From NCBI GenBank assembly GCA_964291395.2, contig OZ219856.1, positions 1,504,001 to 1,568,000 of the forward strand: DNA of 64,000 bases, read 5' to 3'. This document shows positions 9,917-19,435 of the stretch, one piece after another. Position 1 is the first letter of the stretch, and every line of letters starts with the position of its first letter. Under the pieces are notes generated by a model that was given only the letters and a program-made list of their open reading frames with translations, did no database searches and had not been told where the DNA came from. A program made the translations under genes and the position numbers. Origin of the DNA: Alphaproteobacteria bacterium (lineage in GTDB: Bacteria > Pseudomonadota > Alphaproteobacteria > UBA2966).

Positions 9917-10846
9917 TCAATTCGGCGGACCGGTCTCGCGTGCCCGCATGGTAGGACGACCGACGTCACGGGCAACCTCGACAAATCCTGCGGTCAACGC
10001 CGAGTCGTCCCCCGAACGGCACGAAATGCCGCATTCCACGTAAAACTGGGACGCCGGGTCCCTGAGCGGAACGTATACGGCGCCGGGAGGCATGAACCGA
10101 CTGAAGGAGGCAGGGCACAGCGCGACGCCCAGTCCCGATGCGATCAGGCTTATCGCGTTGTGAATGCGATCGATTTGTCGCACTTCGTTCGGAATGAATC
10201 CGGCCTGTTGACAGGCATACAGGACACGCGCCCGATTCCCAGTTTCCTGCCGCGAGTGAAGAAGGATGAACGTCTCGTTTTTGAGCTGGCGAAGGTCGAT
10301 TTCCGGACCCCGCGCCAGCGGGTGATCGCGGGGCACTGCGGCGATGAGCGGCTCTCTCATGAATACTTCCTGATGGATGCCCTGCCGCGTGACCGTCGGC
10401 GCGAGAAACAAGGCGACATCGATGCGCTTCTGCAGCAGCGCGCTTTCTCGTTCCACGGTCGTGAGTTCCTCAAAACCGAGACTCACGTCGGGAAAACGGT
10501 GCCGGAATTGTCGCAGGACTCGCGGCAGGATCTCGTAGCTCGATGCCGGATTAAAGCCGACGACGATGTGCCCGCGCATCCCGTGGGCGACCGCGCGCGT
10601 GACATCGGCGGCTTCGGAAAGTTGCGAAAGAACCAGTCTCGCGCGCCCGAGATAGACCAGCCCCGCTTCGGTGAGCTCGACCGATTGCCGCGTGCGCTGG
10701 AGAAGCCGGGTACCGAGCTCTTCCTCTAGTTGACGGATAGAGTCACTGACCCGCGGCTGGGTGATATGCAGCCGGGCGGCGGCCTTTCGAAAATTCAATT
10801 CCTCCGCGACGGCGACAAACCGTTCGAGATGGACGATGTTGGGCAT
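9917..10846 (-). CDS. LysR family regulator (aromatic-catabolism-like subfamily)
   Basis: FVAVAEELNFRKAAARLHITQP...LEEELG...CQQAGF.P...GLGVAL. Confidence 0.92.
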   Translation of the reverse strand: MPNIVHLERFVAVAEELNFRKAAARLHITQPRVSDSIRQLEEELGTRLLQRTRQSVELTEAGLVYLGRARLVLSQLSEAADVTRAVAHGMRGHIVVGFNPASSYEILPRVLRQFRHRFPDVSLGFEELTTVERESALLQKRIDVALFLAPTVTRQGIHQEVFMREPLIAAVPRDHPLARGPEIDLRQLKNETFILLHSRQETGNRARVLYACQQAGFIPNEVRQIDRIHNAISLIASGLGVALCPASFSRFMPPGAVYVPLRDPASQFYVECGISCRSGDDSALTAGFVEVARDVGRPTMRARETGPPN

Positions 10847-11037
10847 ATTCCGATCAGGACTCGGGAGCAGTAAAGGGTCGAATCATCGTCTACTGATACG
10901 AATACCTGATCAATATACATCGAAATTCGAATTTTATTATCACTATTCCATGACCTAGAGTCGCCGAGGGGAAACCGCGCGGAGGAGATTCACGTCCGAA
11001 GAGCGGGTTCCACATGACTTACGGAGGGAGGACAGCT

Positions 11038-12075
11038 ATGAAGAGACACGCGCTATTCGTAGCGGCCGCGGCGGCGGTCGTCGCAATCGGCGCCGGCCCT
11101 GCCGATGCTCAGAAGGTGCTCAAGTTCGCCAGTGTGGATCGTCCGGGAATGCCGGTGGGAGATGCCATCGAAGAAGGCTTGATGCCCGTCACGGCGAAGA
11201 TGTCGGGCGGGAAACTGACCGTCGAGGGTCACTACCGTGGATCCATCTGTGGCGAGCAGAAGTGCGGAGAGCAGGCGAATCAGGGCCTGATCGCGTTGTG
11301 GCGGAGTTCCACCAACAACTTCGGCAACTTCGACACGTCGTTGACGATTTTCGATCTGCCCTACCTGTTCAAGGATCTCGAGTCTGCCGACAAGCTGTCG
11401 TTGGGCTGGCTCGGAAAGGCGCAACGCGACGAGGCGGAAAAGGGAAGCGGCCACAAGGTCCTGAGCGTGTTCGGCACTGGTGGCTTTCGCCATTTCGGCA
11501 ATACCAAAAGGTCCGTTCACGTACCGTCCGATCTGAAGGGTCTCAAATGCCGCGTGACCAAGAGCCCGGTGGAATTCCTGCTGTTCCAGGCTTGGGGAGG
11601 AATTCCCGTCCCGTTCGACTGGTTGCAGACCTATCAAGGCCTGCAAACGGGCGTCGTGGAAGGACTGTATGTCCCGGTTCCCTTCCAGTATCTGTTCAAG
11701 ATGCACGAGGTGGCGAAGTACTACACGGAGACGGGAGGCATCTGGTCCGGCGCCCATCTGTCGATGGACATCACGCAGTACAACGCCTTGAGTGACGACG
11801 AGAAGGCAGTGCTCCACGAGGGTGTCGCGGCGTTCGACGAAATCGCGCGCGCGCGTGACCTCGAATGGGTGGTCTCCGAGACGGACAAGCTCAAGGCGGA
11901 GATCGAGGAGTGGTACAAGCCCAACGAAGACGAGATGAAGCTTTGGCGCGCCGGCGCGATCAAGGCATGGGTGGAAGCCAAGGGCACCTACGACGGCGGT
12001 CGCGCGGAGCGGGCCCTGGCGGAACAGGGCCTGACCGACTTCATCGCCGCGCTGAAGAAGGCGGGCGCGATCTAG
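11038..12075 (+). CDS. dctP: TRAP transporter substrate-binding protein (orphan)
   Basis: Signal peptide; FDLPYLF; GFR; DLKGLKCRV; YQGLQTGVVEG; GGAGG RBS. Confidence 0.88.
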   Translation: MKRHALFVAAAAAVVAIGAGPADAQKVLKFASVDRPGMPVGDAIEEGLMPVTAKMSGGKLTVEGHYRGSICGEQKCGEQANQGLIALWRSSTNNFGNFDTSLTIFDLPYLFKDLESADKLSLGWLGKAQRDEAEKGSGHKVLSVFGTGGFRHFGNTKRSVHVPSDLKGLKCRVTKSPVEFLLFQAWGGIPVPFDWLQTYQGLQTGVVEGLYVPVPFQYLFKMHEVAKYYTETGGIWSGAHLSMDITQYNALSDDEKAVLHEGVAAFDEIARARDLEWVVSETDKLKAEIEEWYKPNEDEMKLWRAGAIKAWVEAKGTYDGGRAERALAEQGLTDFIAALKKAGAI

Positions 12076-12099
12076 GGCCATTGCGCGCCACATCCGGTT

Positions 12100-12124
12100 G
12101 GGGGGCTCCGGCCCCCCTTTCTTT
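12100..12124 (+). terminator. Rho-independent terminator
   Basis: GGGGGGC-TCCG-GCCCCCC hairpin followed by TTTCTTT, 24 nt after the dctP stop. Confidence 0.85.
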
Positions 12125-13343
12125 GTGTGCCGAGCATGATCGACAGCTTGGAGGTGGAAGTCCTCTATCCAGCCCGATGGCGGCGAAGGATTAGCGAAGC
12201 GCAAGGGCGTCGTCGCGAGGCGGGGTCTGAAGGAAGCGCGGAGCAAAGCCGCGACCCGATGGACAAGAACCGGATAGGAGGCCTACCCGGCCGGACGAGC
12301 GGGCAAAGGGCCGCGAAGTCCATAGCCATCGAGGGCCGGGGTGGTAAATCCGGCGGGTGTGCGGTGAAGGCGGTCGGTCTTACCTCGGGAGGTCTGCGTC
12401 GTGTCCGGCACCCCCGGACTGAGCGTGTTCGCAAGGACCGTCATCGCGGCGCAGAAGTCAGCAGAGGGCATAGTAGTCGGTTCGCCGACGAAGGCCTGAA
12501 CGACGGACAGGGTCAGTAGGCCGGCACGCTCATGCGGGCCAAGCGGCGGAACATCCAGTTGGAACTGGCCTTGGCCCCGGAGGCGAAGGGTGAAGCCCGG
12601 AGCGCCGGAGACCAAGGGACCGAAGCCCGCACGGCGCGTGTCGACCCCGAAAGCCCGGCGGCCGGGCGAGGACCATCGATGGAGATGGTGGTCGAACCCG
12701 ACAATTTGAAGAAGGCGCTGGCGCGGGTTTCGGCATCGTGGTCGATCTGGATCTGGAGAAATTCTTCGACCGGGTCAATCACGACATCTTGATGGGTCTG
12801 GTGGCCAAGCGCGTGGCCGACAAACGCCTGCTCAGGCTCATTCGCGGTTTCCTGACCGCGGGCGTGCTGGACGGTGGGTTGGTTGGCCCAACCACCGAGG
12901 GAACCCCGCAGGGCGGGCCGCTCTCGCCGCTGTTTTCGAACCTGATGCTTGATGTCCTGGACCGGGAATTGGAGAAGCGCGGTCACCGCTTCGTGCGCTA
13001 TGCCGACGACTGCAACATTTACGTGCGGTCGCGGCGGGCGGGCGAGCGGGTCATGGCGAGCGTGACAAGATTCCTTGCCCGGCGGCTGAAGCTGAGGGTG
13101 AACGCGGCCAAGAGCACAGTGGACCGTCCAGCGGTGCGGGCGTTCCTGGGCTTCAGCTTTACGGACGGGCAGACGCTCAAGCGGCGCATCGCGCCGCAGG
13201 CGCTCGCCCGGTTCAAGGCATGGGTGCGGAAGATGACACGTCGTACCAGGCGGGTCAGTCTCACTCGTCTCGTCGCGGAGCTGTCCTGCTATCTCTTGGG
13301 GTGGCGGGGCTACTTTGGCTTTTGCGAAACCCCTTCGGTACTG
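12125..13343 (+). mobile_element. Group II intron (class C/IIC), internally deleted and 3'-truncated
   Basis: Begins GTGTG directly after the terminator U-tract. Contains the IIC-like RNA motifs GCGCAAGGG, TCTGAAGGAAGC, TCTTACCTCGGGAGGTCTG and AGAAGTCAGCAGAGGGCATAGTAG, followed by an RT ORF. No domain V/VI is visible. Confidence 0.88.
12532..13343 (+). pseudogene. ltrA: Group II intron reverse transcriptase/maturase remnant
   Basis: N-terminus ...DNLKKALARV jumps out of frame at about 12727 to VVDLDLEKFFDRVNHD...GTPQGGPLSP...RYADD...FLGF...GWRGYF. The intervening RT0-RT2 region and the C-terminus are missing. Confidence 0.88.
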
Positions 13344-13589
13344 CTGCGTTCGGCGGGCGTTGCGGGGGCCGCGGGCGTGCCGATCTTCACCCATCTCTAT
13401 CCCAAAGCCGCCGCGCACGTGATGAGGGTCGCGGAAACGGCGCATTGGCTGAAATGGCAGGATTGGGCCAATCCGGTCTTACGGGAGCCCTATGCCGTCG
13501 GACACGGACAGTTGGAGATTCCTGACAGGCCGGGAACCGGACTGGACTGGAACGAGGAGTTCGTCGCCTACCATCTTGTCGACCGGTGA
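13344..13589 (+). pseudogene. C-terminal remnant of a mandelate racemase/enolase-superfamily gene, fused in frame to the RT
   Basis: LRSAGVAGAAGVPIFTHLYP...TAHWL...IPDRPGTGLDWNEE resembles the mandelate racemase C-terminus. Confidence 0.75.
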
Positions 13590-13654
13590 CCCCGGACTCT
13601 GGTAAGAGATCTGGCATCGGGTGATCGAGCCGTACACGGAGGACAAGGCGGATC

Positions 13655-14470
13655 ATGGCTGCGGACGGGAGACTCGAAGGCAAGGCGGCATTCGTCACGG
13701 GCGGCGCGTCCGGCATTGGGGCCGAGACCGCCCGGGTTTTCGGCGAGCACGGCGCCCTGGTGACGGTGGCGGACGTCAACGACGCCCAAGGCGAAGCAGT
13801 TGCGCAGGAGATCAGGGATGCCGGTGGAACGGCTGCCTATCAGCACCTCGACACGCGCCGGGAGGCCGAATGGGAGAAAGCGATTCCCGAGGCGGTCGCC
13901 CGCTACGGACACCTCGACGTTCTCGTCAACGCCGCGGGCATTTCGGGCCGCATGCCCGACGGTTCCGCTCCACCGCTTATCGACAGCCTGCCTCTGGAAA
14001 ATTGGGAAAAAGTGATGTCCGTGAACGCGACCGGGGTGTTTCTCGGCACCAAGCATGCCGTTGCGCCGATGCGTGACGCAGGGGGCGGCTCCATCGTCAA
14101 TATCGTCTCCATCTATAGCCTGCTCGGGTCGGATTCAAACGCGAGCTATCACGCTTCCAAGGGCGCAGCCCGATCCCTGACCAAAGCAGCCGCGATTCAC
14201 TGCGCGCCCTACAAGATACGCGTGAACGGGGTCTATCCAGGCTTCATCAACACGGAAATGACCAAGGAGGTCCATGCGCATCCTCTGCACGGCGGGGTCC
14301 GCCTCGAGGCTACTCCGCTCGCGGAGTTCGGCCAGCCACGGGATATCGCTCTGGGATGCCTGTACCTGGCCTCGGACGATGCCCGGTTCGTTACGGGGTC
14401 GGAACTGGTCATCGACGGCGGCGTCACGGCGACGGCCCTCAAGACGAGCTTTCTTCAGCAGGAGGTGTAG
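13655..14470 (+). CDS. SDR family oxidoreductase
   Basis: TGGASGIG, VNAAG, YHASKG, FVTGSELVIDGG. Confidence 0.92.
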   Translation: MAADGRLEGKAAFVTGGASGIGAETARVFGEHGALVTVADVNDAQGEAVAQEIRDAGGTAAYQHLDTRREAEWEKAIPEAVARYGHLDVLVNAAGISGRMPDGSAPPLIDSLPLENWEKVMSVNATGVFLGTKHAVAPMRDAGGGSIVNIVSIYSLLGSDSNASYHASKGAARSLTKAAAIHCAPYKIRVNGVYPGFINTEMTKEVHAHPLHGGVRLEATPLAEFGQPRDIALGCLYLASDDARFVTGSELVIDGGVTATALKTSFLQQEV

Positions 14471-14584
14471 CGCCGGGTCGATCGCTCCCAGCACTCGAGG
14501 CATGGAAAAAAACACTTTTCCTTCCTGAGCAAGAGCTATAAATACGGCCCGGATTTCCCAGGATGAGTACGAGAATCGACGAAA

Positions 14585-14797
14585 ATGACGATGGAAACCG
14601 CCAAGAGCGAGACGACATCCGATAACGGTGGCACGGCGAGTCCGGACAGCGGCACGGGTTCCGATTCTTCCCGCAGTTCGAATTCGGACGGTGCGCCGAA
14701 GAACTACAGCCGCGGCGAGAACCAGAAGCCGGTCACCGATACCTACCGGGAGAACTGGAACCACATATTCAGGCGCAAGACTTCCGGCAATCGCTGA
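14585..14797 (+). CDS. Small hypothetical protein (70 aa)
   Basis: Ser/Gly-rich N-terminus and a compact C-terminal NYSRGENQKPVTDTYRENWNHIF; fills the intergenic gap. Confidence 0.55.
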   Translation: MTMETAKSETTSDNGGTASPDSGTGSDSSRSSNSDGAPKNYSRGENQKPVTDTYRENWNHIFRRKTSGNR

Positions 14798-14813
14798 GCA
14801 GGACCGCCGCAGC

Positions 14814-16502
14814 CTAGAGATCGCGGTGTACGACGTTTCCCCCCGCCACCGCGAGGTGACAGCGAAGATCCCGCAGGTCTTCCGGATCCATGGACGTCGG
14901 ATCGTCCGACAACACGGCGATATCGGCATATCGCCCGGGCGCCAACGTGCCCTTTTTCTTCTCTTCGAAAGTTAGCCACGCACCGCGTGTCGTCAGCAGG
15001 TCCAAGGCCTCCAGTCCCGAAATCCGCTGATTGCGGCCGAGCACGCGGTTTTCGTGCCGTTCTCGGCGTGCAGTCATGACCCACAGGGTGAAGAACGGGT
15101 CGTAGGGGATATTGTCCGTGCCCGCCGCGACCGGAATGCCGAGGTCAAGCATGCTGCGATGGGCGACAACCGACTCGCCGAAGTCCGGATCATCGGTGTA
15201 CCACCCGCCGCCTTTCCAGATGAAATAGGCGGGAATGGTCGTCACCAGAACACCGAGCTTCTTCAAGGTCTCCAGGTCTTCCCGCCGCGCGCGTCCGATA
15301 TGCTCGACGACCCATCGCCGTTCTCCGATCGGGTAGCGCTCACCCACATCTGCGAGCGCGGAGATTACGTCCTGCAGGTCGTCGCCGACGATGGTGTGGA
15401 CACGAAGGTCGTGCTCGGCCGCGGCCAGGCAATAGTCGCGGAATTCGTTCCGTGTGACGGCCTGTTCCACGAAGCCCGACCAACCCGTATTCGGCAGATC
15501 CTTGCGGGCCAGATCGGCGACGGCATTTTCCCCGCCATAGGCGATGTGAACACCGGTGATCCAGAACCAGGGGTCTCCCATGCCCCGGCCCCGCGCATGG
15601 CCCAGCCAGTCCCTCATGATGGTTCGCGCCTCTGCAACATCGCGCCACGCGGGACTGAGCGTCAGCGCGACGCGTACGGTGAGTTCGCCTTTCTCCCACA
15701 GCTCCCGATAGGCGGCGATGGTTTGCGCGCTCAGGCCATGGCCTTCATACACGCTCGTGGTACCGACGGCGTTGTAGGCCTTCATGGAACGTCGGATGCC
15801 ATCCACACGCTCTTCAAAGCCGAAGCGGGGAACCGCGGGCAGCAGATCGAATTCGATGAACGGACGCTGGTTGCGTTCGATGATCACGCCGGTCGGTTCG
15901 CCGGCTTCGTCATGCTCGATCTCGAGTCCGGAGACGCGGGGAGCCGTATTGCGATCGATGCCATTGAGTGCCAGCGCACGGCTGTTGAGAGCCGTGTATC
16001 CGGGCGGCGCACCCCAGTTTCCGAACACGCCGGCAATACAGACCGGATTGTCGGGCGCGACGGTATCGAGTTCCCGACGCGTGGGCATGCGGCCTTCCGC
16101 CAGAGTCTCCGGCCCGCCGAAGTAGCAGGGAGGTGTGCCGACGGGCATGGTGACGATCCACTCCCCGGCGGGTGTATCCGCTGCGAGCTTCGAAATGCGG
16201 TCGAGAACGTCGGGGACGGACCGTGCGCCTTCCAGTGACGGACGTTGGACTTTCAGCCCTTCCCGGTCCATGTGGGCGTGCGTGTCGTTGAACCCGGGAA
16301 CGACGGTCAAACCGTCGAGGTCGATGGTTTCCGTCTCGGAACCCGCCGTCGCACGGATGTCGTCGGCCGCGCCCGCGGCGGAGACGAGGCCGTCCGACAC
16401 GGCGAGGGCCTCCACCACCGGCTTGTCAGGATCCATCGTGATCACGCGCCCGCCCGTCAGGATGAGATCGGCATCACCGTTGGACCGTGTTCCGGACGGC
16501 AT
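14814..16502 (-). CDS. Amidohydrolase 3 (YtcJ-like) family protein
   Basis: PGFNDTHAH, HTIVGD, VEH, AGTD, KGTLAPGRYAD. Confidence 0.88.
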   Translation of the reverse strand: MPSGTRSNGDADLILTGGRVITMDPDKPVVEALAVSDGLVSAAGAADDIRATAGSETETIDLDGLTVVPGFNDTHAHMDREGLKVQRPSLEGARSVPDVLDRISKLAADTPAGEWIVTMPVGTPPCYFGGPETLAEGRMPTRRELDTVAPDNPVCIAGVFGNWGAPPGYTALNSRALALNGIDRNTAPRVSGLEIEHDEAGEPTGVIIERNQRPFIEFDLLPAVPRFGFEERVDGIRRSMKAYNAVGTTSVYEGHGLSAQTIAAYRELWEKGELTVRVALTLSPAWRDVAEARTIMRDWLGHARGRGMGDPWFWITGVHIAYGGENAVADLARKDLPNTGWSGFVEQAVTRNEFRDYCLAAAEHDLRVHTIVGDDLQDVISALADVGERYPIGERRWVVEHIGRARREDLETLKKLGVLVTTIPAYFIWKGGGWYTDDPDFGESVVAHRSMLDLGIPVAAGTDNIPYDPFFTLWVMTARRERHENRVLGRNQRISGLEALDLLTTRGAWLTFEEKKKGTLAPGRYADIAVLSDDPTSMDPEDLRDLRCHLAVAGGNVVHRDL

Positions 16503-16505
16503 CGC

Positions 16506-17786
16506 TTATTCGCCTCCCGCGCGGGTGTAGTCGATGGAGTCTGGCCGATCGGGGAGATCGAGCAGAACTTCCGTGGGTTCGCTGCGGGCAACGACCTTGC
16601 CCCGCCGGATCACGTAGAGGCGCGACGGCCGGAGGCGAATTGCCTCCACGGGATCCGCCGCCTGCAATACGACCGCATCTCCGTTGCAGCCGGGTTCCAG
16701 CCCGTATCCCTCCAGACCCAACAGGCGGGCCGGGTATTCCGTGACGGATTTGAAACACGCCAGGATTTGTTCCCGCCCCGACAGGTGACCCACATGCACC
16801 GCCATATGCGCCACGTCGAGCATGTCCGCGGCGTTGAGCGGTCCCCACGGATCCATCACCGAGTCCTGACCGAGAGAGACATCTATGCCCGCCGCCATGA
16901 GTTCCGGCACCCGCGTCATGCCGCGTCGTTTGGGATAGGTGTCGCGGCGTCCCATCAGCAGCATGTTGGCGGTCGGGTTCGCCACGACATGGAGGTCGGC
17001 TTCCGCCATCAGGTCGATCAGCTTGCCGGCGTAGTAATTGTCCATCGAATGCATGGATGTGAGGTGCGATCCCGCGACTCGCCCCCGAAGGCCCAACCGA
17101 ATCGTTTCCGCCGCCAGGATCTCCACGTGACGGGACGTGGGATCGTCCGTCTCATCGCAGTGCATGTCGACGGGAAGACCGCGTTCGGCGGCGATCTCGC
17201 ATAACGCGCGGACGGACTCGGCACCGTCTCCCTGGGTACGCTCGAAATGGGGGATGCCGCCGACCACGTCCACACCCATGTCGAGCGCCTCGGTCATGTT
17301 CGACTTGCCTATCGGCGAGCGAAGGTACCCGTCCTGCGGAAAGGCCACGAGCTGCAGGTCGAGATAGTCCTTGATCCTTTCGCGAACATCCAGAAGCGCC
17401 TTGACGCCCGTCAGGTTCGGGTCGGTCGTATCCACGTGGCTGCGGATAGCGAGCAGGCCTCGCCCGACGGCCCAGTCGCAATATCGAAGCGCGCGTGCGA
17501 CGTAGTCGTCGAACGTGAGCGTCGGCTTCAACTCTTCCCAAAGCGCGATGCCTTCGAGAAGAGTTCCCGAGTCGTTATGCCGTGGCCGGCCGGCGGTCAG
17601 CGTCGAGTCCATGTGAAAGTGGGCATCGACGAACGGCGGCGTTATCAGACGGCCTGCGCAGTCGATCTCCTGCGGAGCGCTCGCCTGCAGGTTGGCCTCG
17701 ACGGCCGTGATCCTCCCCGCTTCGATCCCGATGTCGACGTTCTCGCGCCCATCGGGAAGATTCCCGCCCCGCAGGATCAGGTCCAT
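16506..17786 (-). CDS. codA: Cytosine deaminase-like amidohydrolase
   Basis: PFVDAHFHMD, IRSHVD, VAFPQDG, GGIPHFE, DMHCDETDD, SHLTSMHS, GQD. Confidence 0.8.
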   Translation of the reverse strand: MDLILRGGNLPDGRENVDIGIEAGRITAVEANLQASAPQEIDCAGRLITPPFVDAHFHMDSTLTAGRPRHNDSGTLLEGIALWEELKPTLTFDDYVARALRYCDWAVGRGLLAIRSHVDTTDPNLTGVKALLDVRERIKDYLDLQLVAFPQDGYLRSPIGKSNMTEALDMGVDVVGGIPHFERTQGDGAESVRALCEIAAERGLPVDMHCDETDDPTSRHVEILAAETIRLGLRGRVAGSHLTSMHSMDNYYAGKLIDLMAEADLHVVANPTANMLLMGRRDTYPKRRGMTRVPELMAAGIDVSLGQDSVMDPWGPLNAADMLDVAHMAVHVGHLSGREQILACFKSVTEYPARLLGLEGYGLEPGCNGDAVVLQAADPVEAIRLRPSRLYVIRRGKVVARSEPTEVLLDLPDRPDSIDYTRAGGE

Positions 17787-18550
17787 TACATCACCAGGCT
17801 GAGACCGTCGTCCGCCTCGATAACCGTGCCGGTAACGAAGTCGGAGGCACCCGACGCGAGCAGCAGCAGCACACCGTCAAGGTCCGCGGGCTTGCCGACC
17901 CGTTTGCGCAGGAATCGTTTGACGAACTCCTGTCCCTTCTCGCCGGCGAAGAAGTCGGCATTGAGCTCGGTCTCGATATAGCCCGGCGCGATCGCGTTGA
18001 CGCGAATGTCGTAACGCGCCCACTCCTGGGCCATGAACCGTGTCATATGCACCACGCCGGACTTCGACATGCCGTAAACGCTCAACAAGCGGACGGTGTG
18101 GATGCCTGCCATGGACGCGATATTGACGATGGAACCGCCGTGCCCGTGTACGATCATCTTTCTTCCGACCTCCTGCGCGACAAGCCAAGCGCCGCGGAGG
18201 TTCGTGTCCATGACACGGTCATAGTCCTCGACGGTGAAGTCGACGATCTTCTTGGTGACCGTGGTGCCGGCATTGTTGACCAGCACGCGGGTCGCGCCGA
18301 GCTCGGTTTCCGCGCCGTCGATCGCGGACACGATGCTGTCGTGATCCGTTACGTCCATCGAGAACGCCATCGCCCGTCCGTCGAACGCCTCGATCTCCTC
18401 GACGAGTTCCTTCAGGCGGTCCGTACGCCGGGCACAGACCGCGACACGGGCACCAGCCTTCGCCAGCGTCAATGCAAAGTGCCGTCCCAGACCGCTCGAG
18501 GCGCCGGTTACCAAGGCTGTCTGACCCTCCAGCGAAAACGGATTACTCAC
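17786..18550 (-). CDS. SDR family oxidoreductase
   Basis: TGASSGLG, VNNAG, YGMSK, IRVNAIAPG; GTG start preceded by GGAAGGA. Confidence 0.9.
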   Translation of the reverse strand: MSNPFSLEGQTALVTGASSGLGRHFALTLAKAGARVAVCARRTDRLKELVEEIEAFDGRAMAFSMDVTDHDSIVSAIDGAETELGATRVLVNNAGTTVTKKIVDFTVEDYDRVMDTNLRGAWLVAQEVGRKMIVHGHGGSIVNIASMAGIHTVRLLSVYGMSKSGVVHMTRFMAQEWARYDIRVNAIAPGYIETELNADFFAGEKGQEFVKRFLRKRVGKPADLDGVLLLLASGASDFVTGTVIEADDGLSLVM

Positions 18551-18760
18551 GGGCCGTTTCCTTCCATCTCCTGCAATGGACATCGTGTTCAAGACCTTAG
18601 TGTCACGCCGAGAGTCCGGCAACCACGCGCGGCGGGCGGCACGCGCAACGGTCGGTTCGAGCCGCCAGAAGACAGAAATCCGGCCGATCGACGGCGAGAC
18701 GCACGATGTCTCGTGGGATATCGTTTCGGTGGCAGGCGCTGACCCGCTATGGTGGTCCCC

Positions 18761-19435
18761 ATGTACATGAACGTCGACATCATCTCCGACACGATCTGCC
18801 CCTGGTGTTTTGTGGGCAAACGCCGTTTTGAGCGCGCCCTCGCCGAACGGCCGGATATCCAGGTCGACGTGCGTTGGCGAACGTTTCAACTCAATCCCGA
18901 TATGCCCGCAGAGGGCATAGACCGGAGCGAGTACGTAGCTTTGAAGTTCGGCGGCAAAGAGCAGGCCCGGGCGGTTTACGAGAACATTCGCGGCGCCGGC
19001 AAGCTCGAAGGGATTCCCTTCGATTTTGCCGCCATACCGAGGACGCCCAATACGATCGATTCACATCGATTGATCCGGTGGGCGGGCTCCGCCGGAGTGC
19101 AGGATGCCGTCGTGGAACGGTTGTTCGCGCGCTACTTCACCCAGGGCGCCGATATCGGCGATCGGGAAGAGCTTGTCGAGGTGGCACGGTACGCAGGCAT
19201 GGACGCGGATCTCGTGGCGGACCTCTTCAAAAGAGGCGAGGACGTTGATCTGGTTCGCAAAGAAGACGAAGCGGCGCGGGTGATGGGCGTGAATGCGGTC
19301 CCCTGTTTCGTGTTCGCGAAGAAATATGTCGTGTTCGGCGCACAGGAGCCGGATGCCTTCACGGAACTGTTCGATCACATGGCGCGCGAAGCGGAGGCCG
19401 AAGCGGCGTCGGAGGCGGTCGACACCGAAGCCTGA
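18761..19435 (+). CDS. DsbA family oxidoreductase (FrnE-like)
   Basis: SDTICPWCFVGKRR, FQLNPDMP, PNT, GVNAVP. Confidence 0.9.
   Translation: MYMNVDIISDTICPWCFVGKRRFERALAERPDIQVDVRWRTFQLNPDMPAEGIDRSEYVALKFGGKEQARAVYENIRGAGKLEGIPFDFAAIPRTPNTIDSHRLIRWAGSAGVQDAVVERLFARYFTQGADIGDREELVEVARYAGMDADLVADLFKRGEDVDLVRKEDEAARVMGVNAVPCFVFAKKYVVFGAQEPDAFTELFDHMAREAEAEAASEAVDTEA

Noticed and set aside
12738-13589. Novel RT system (retron, DGR or defence RT fusion)
   Set aside because: The upstream RNA and RT motifs are those of a group II intron, and the extra domain is a truncated racemase tail joined by deletion.
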